Under the pieces are notes generated by a model. It was not told the DNA's origin. It searched no databases and worked only from the letters and a program-made list of their open reading frames with translations. A DNA stretch of 7,767 nucleotides. It comes from Naegleria gruberi. Lineage: Eukaryota. The position numbers and the translations under genes are program-made. The stretch is taken from the NCBI GenBank assembly GCA_000004985.1, contig GG739109.1; one strand, 5' to 3'. This document shows positions 7,622-7,767 of the stretch, one piece after another (position 1 is the stretch's first letter; every line of letters starts with the position of its first letter).

Positions 7622-7767
7622 TCAAGCACATACCAGACCATCAAAACCATGAACCAAGAAGGTATCTGCATCCAAAAACAAGAAATGTGCCAATTTATGT
7701 TGAAAGTATTCAATCAACTTCTTGTTGGCAGAACGAGCCACTATAATNGTGTAGATTTGACATGGAT
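7622..7767 (-). CDS. 5'-partial minus-strand ORF with a glycosyltransferase GT-A-like DxD context (..KLIEYFQHKLAHFLFLDADTFLVHGFDGLVCA*). It may be a terminal exon or a gene fragment.
   Basis: The frame is open from the window edge down to TGA at 7624-7622. Codon choice (TAC, AAC, AAG, ATC, TTC, CGT) is more Caenorhabditis-like than the overlapping plus frame. hhhh-DADT-hh is the classic DxD nucleotide-sugar-binding context. A CTG|GTATGT donor at 7634/7633 exists, but no downstream acceptor yields an extended frame. A stop so soon after DxD is atypical for an intact enzyme. Confidence 0.35.
   Translation of the reverse strand, partial: PCQIYXIIVARSANKKLIEYFQHKLAHFLFLDADTFLVHGFDGLVCA

Noticed and set aside
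1-7767. Prokaryotic systems (CRISPR arrays, restriction-modification, toxin-antitoxin, phage defence islands) suggested by the task framing and the bacterial-style ORF track
   Set aside because: There are no direct-repeat and spacer arrays, no operonic ORF packing and no bacterial promoter or terminator architecture. Coding regions carry canonical GT-AG introns of nematode size. The only bacterial-flavoured item is the YaeI-like phosphoesterase, which is intron-containing and therefore a resident eukaryotic gene.

Overview
This window is a eukaryotic scaffold fragment, most likely from a Caenorhabditis-like nematode. I read two 47- and 57-nt GT..AG introns that restore conserved protein motifs, and the codon usage leans on GGA, CCA and AGA. 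I see no CRISPR array, phage module or other prokaryotic system, so I cannot support a novel-defence-system call. About 62% of the window is unresolved: N-run 1575-6383 (4809 nt), plus single N at 6413 and 7748.

The left 1.57 kb is gene-dense on the minus strand.
(a) A split gene encodes a YaeI/YkuE-type calcineurin-like metallophosphoesterase. Its exons are about 1534-1445, 1387-891 and 843-794, and its N-terminus is lost in the gap.
(b) 177 nt downstream on the same strand lies a complete 5' end, ATG at 616 running off the window at position 1. It encodes a secreted protein: a textbook signal peptide, then a cathepsin-B-type propeptide-like segment, then at least 130 aa of Lys/Ser-rich basic sequence with SPKK-like motifs and no peptidase domain in view.

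The right 1.38 kb (6384-7767) is mostly low-confidence coding or non-coding.
- It contains a perfect 19-bp inverted repeat pair (6778-6796 / 7282-7300) enclosing 485 bp.
- The enclosed region carries ~42-nt tandem direct repeats with TAATTA cores and a second pair of 'aaagtagagc' repeats; this looks MITE-like or foldback-like.
- At the right edge there are two mutually exclusive gene models, a minus-strand GT-A-like DxD fragment and a plus-strand TTTCAG+ATG start.

The supplied ORF track treats TTG as a start (the 'M' at 1290 is TTG) and omits edge-truncated ORFs. Several real features therefore differ from the track, and the three kb-long ORFs across the gap are artefacts.
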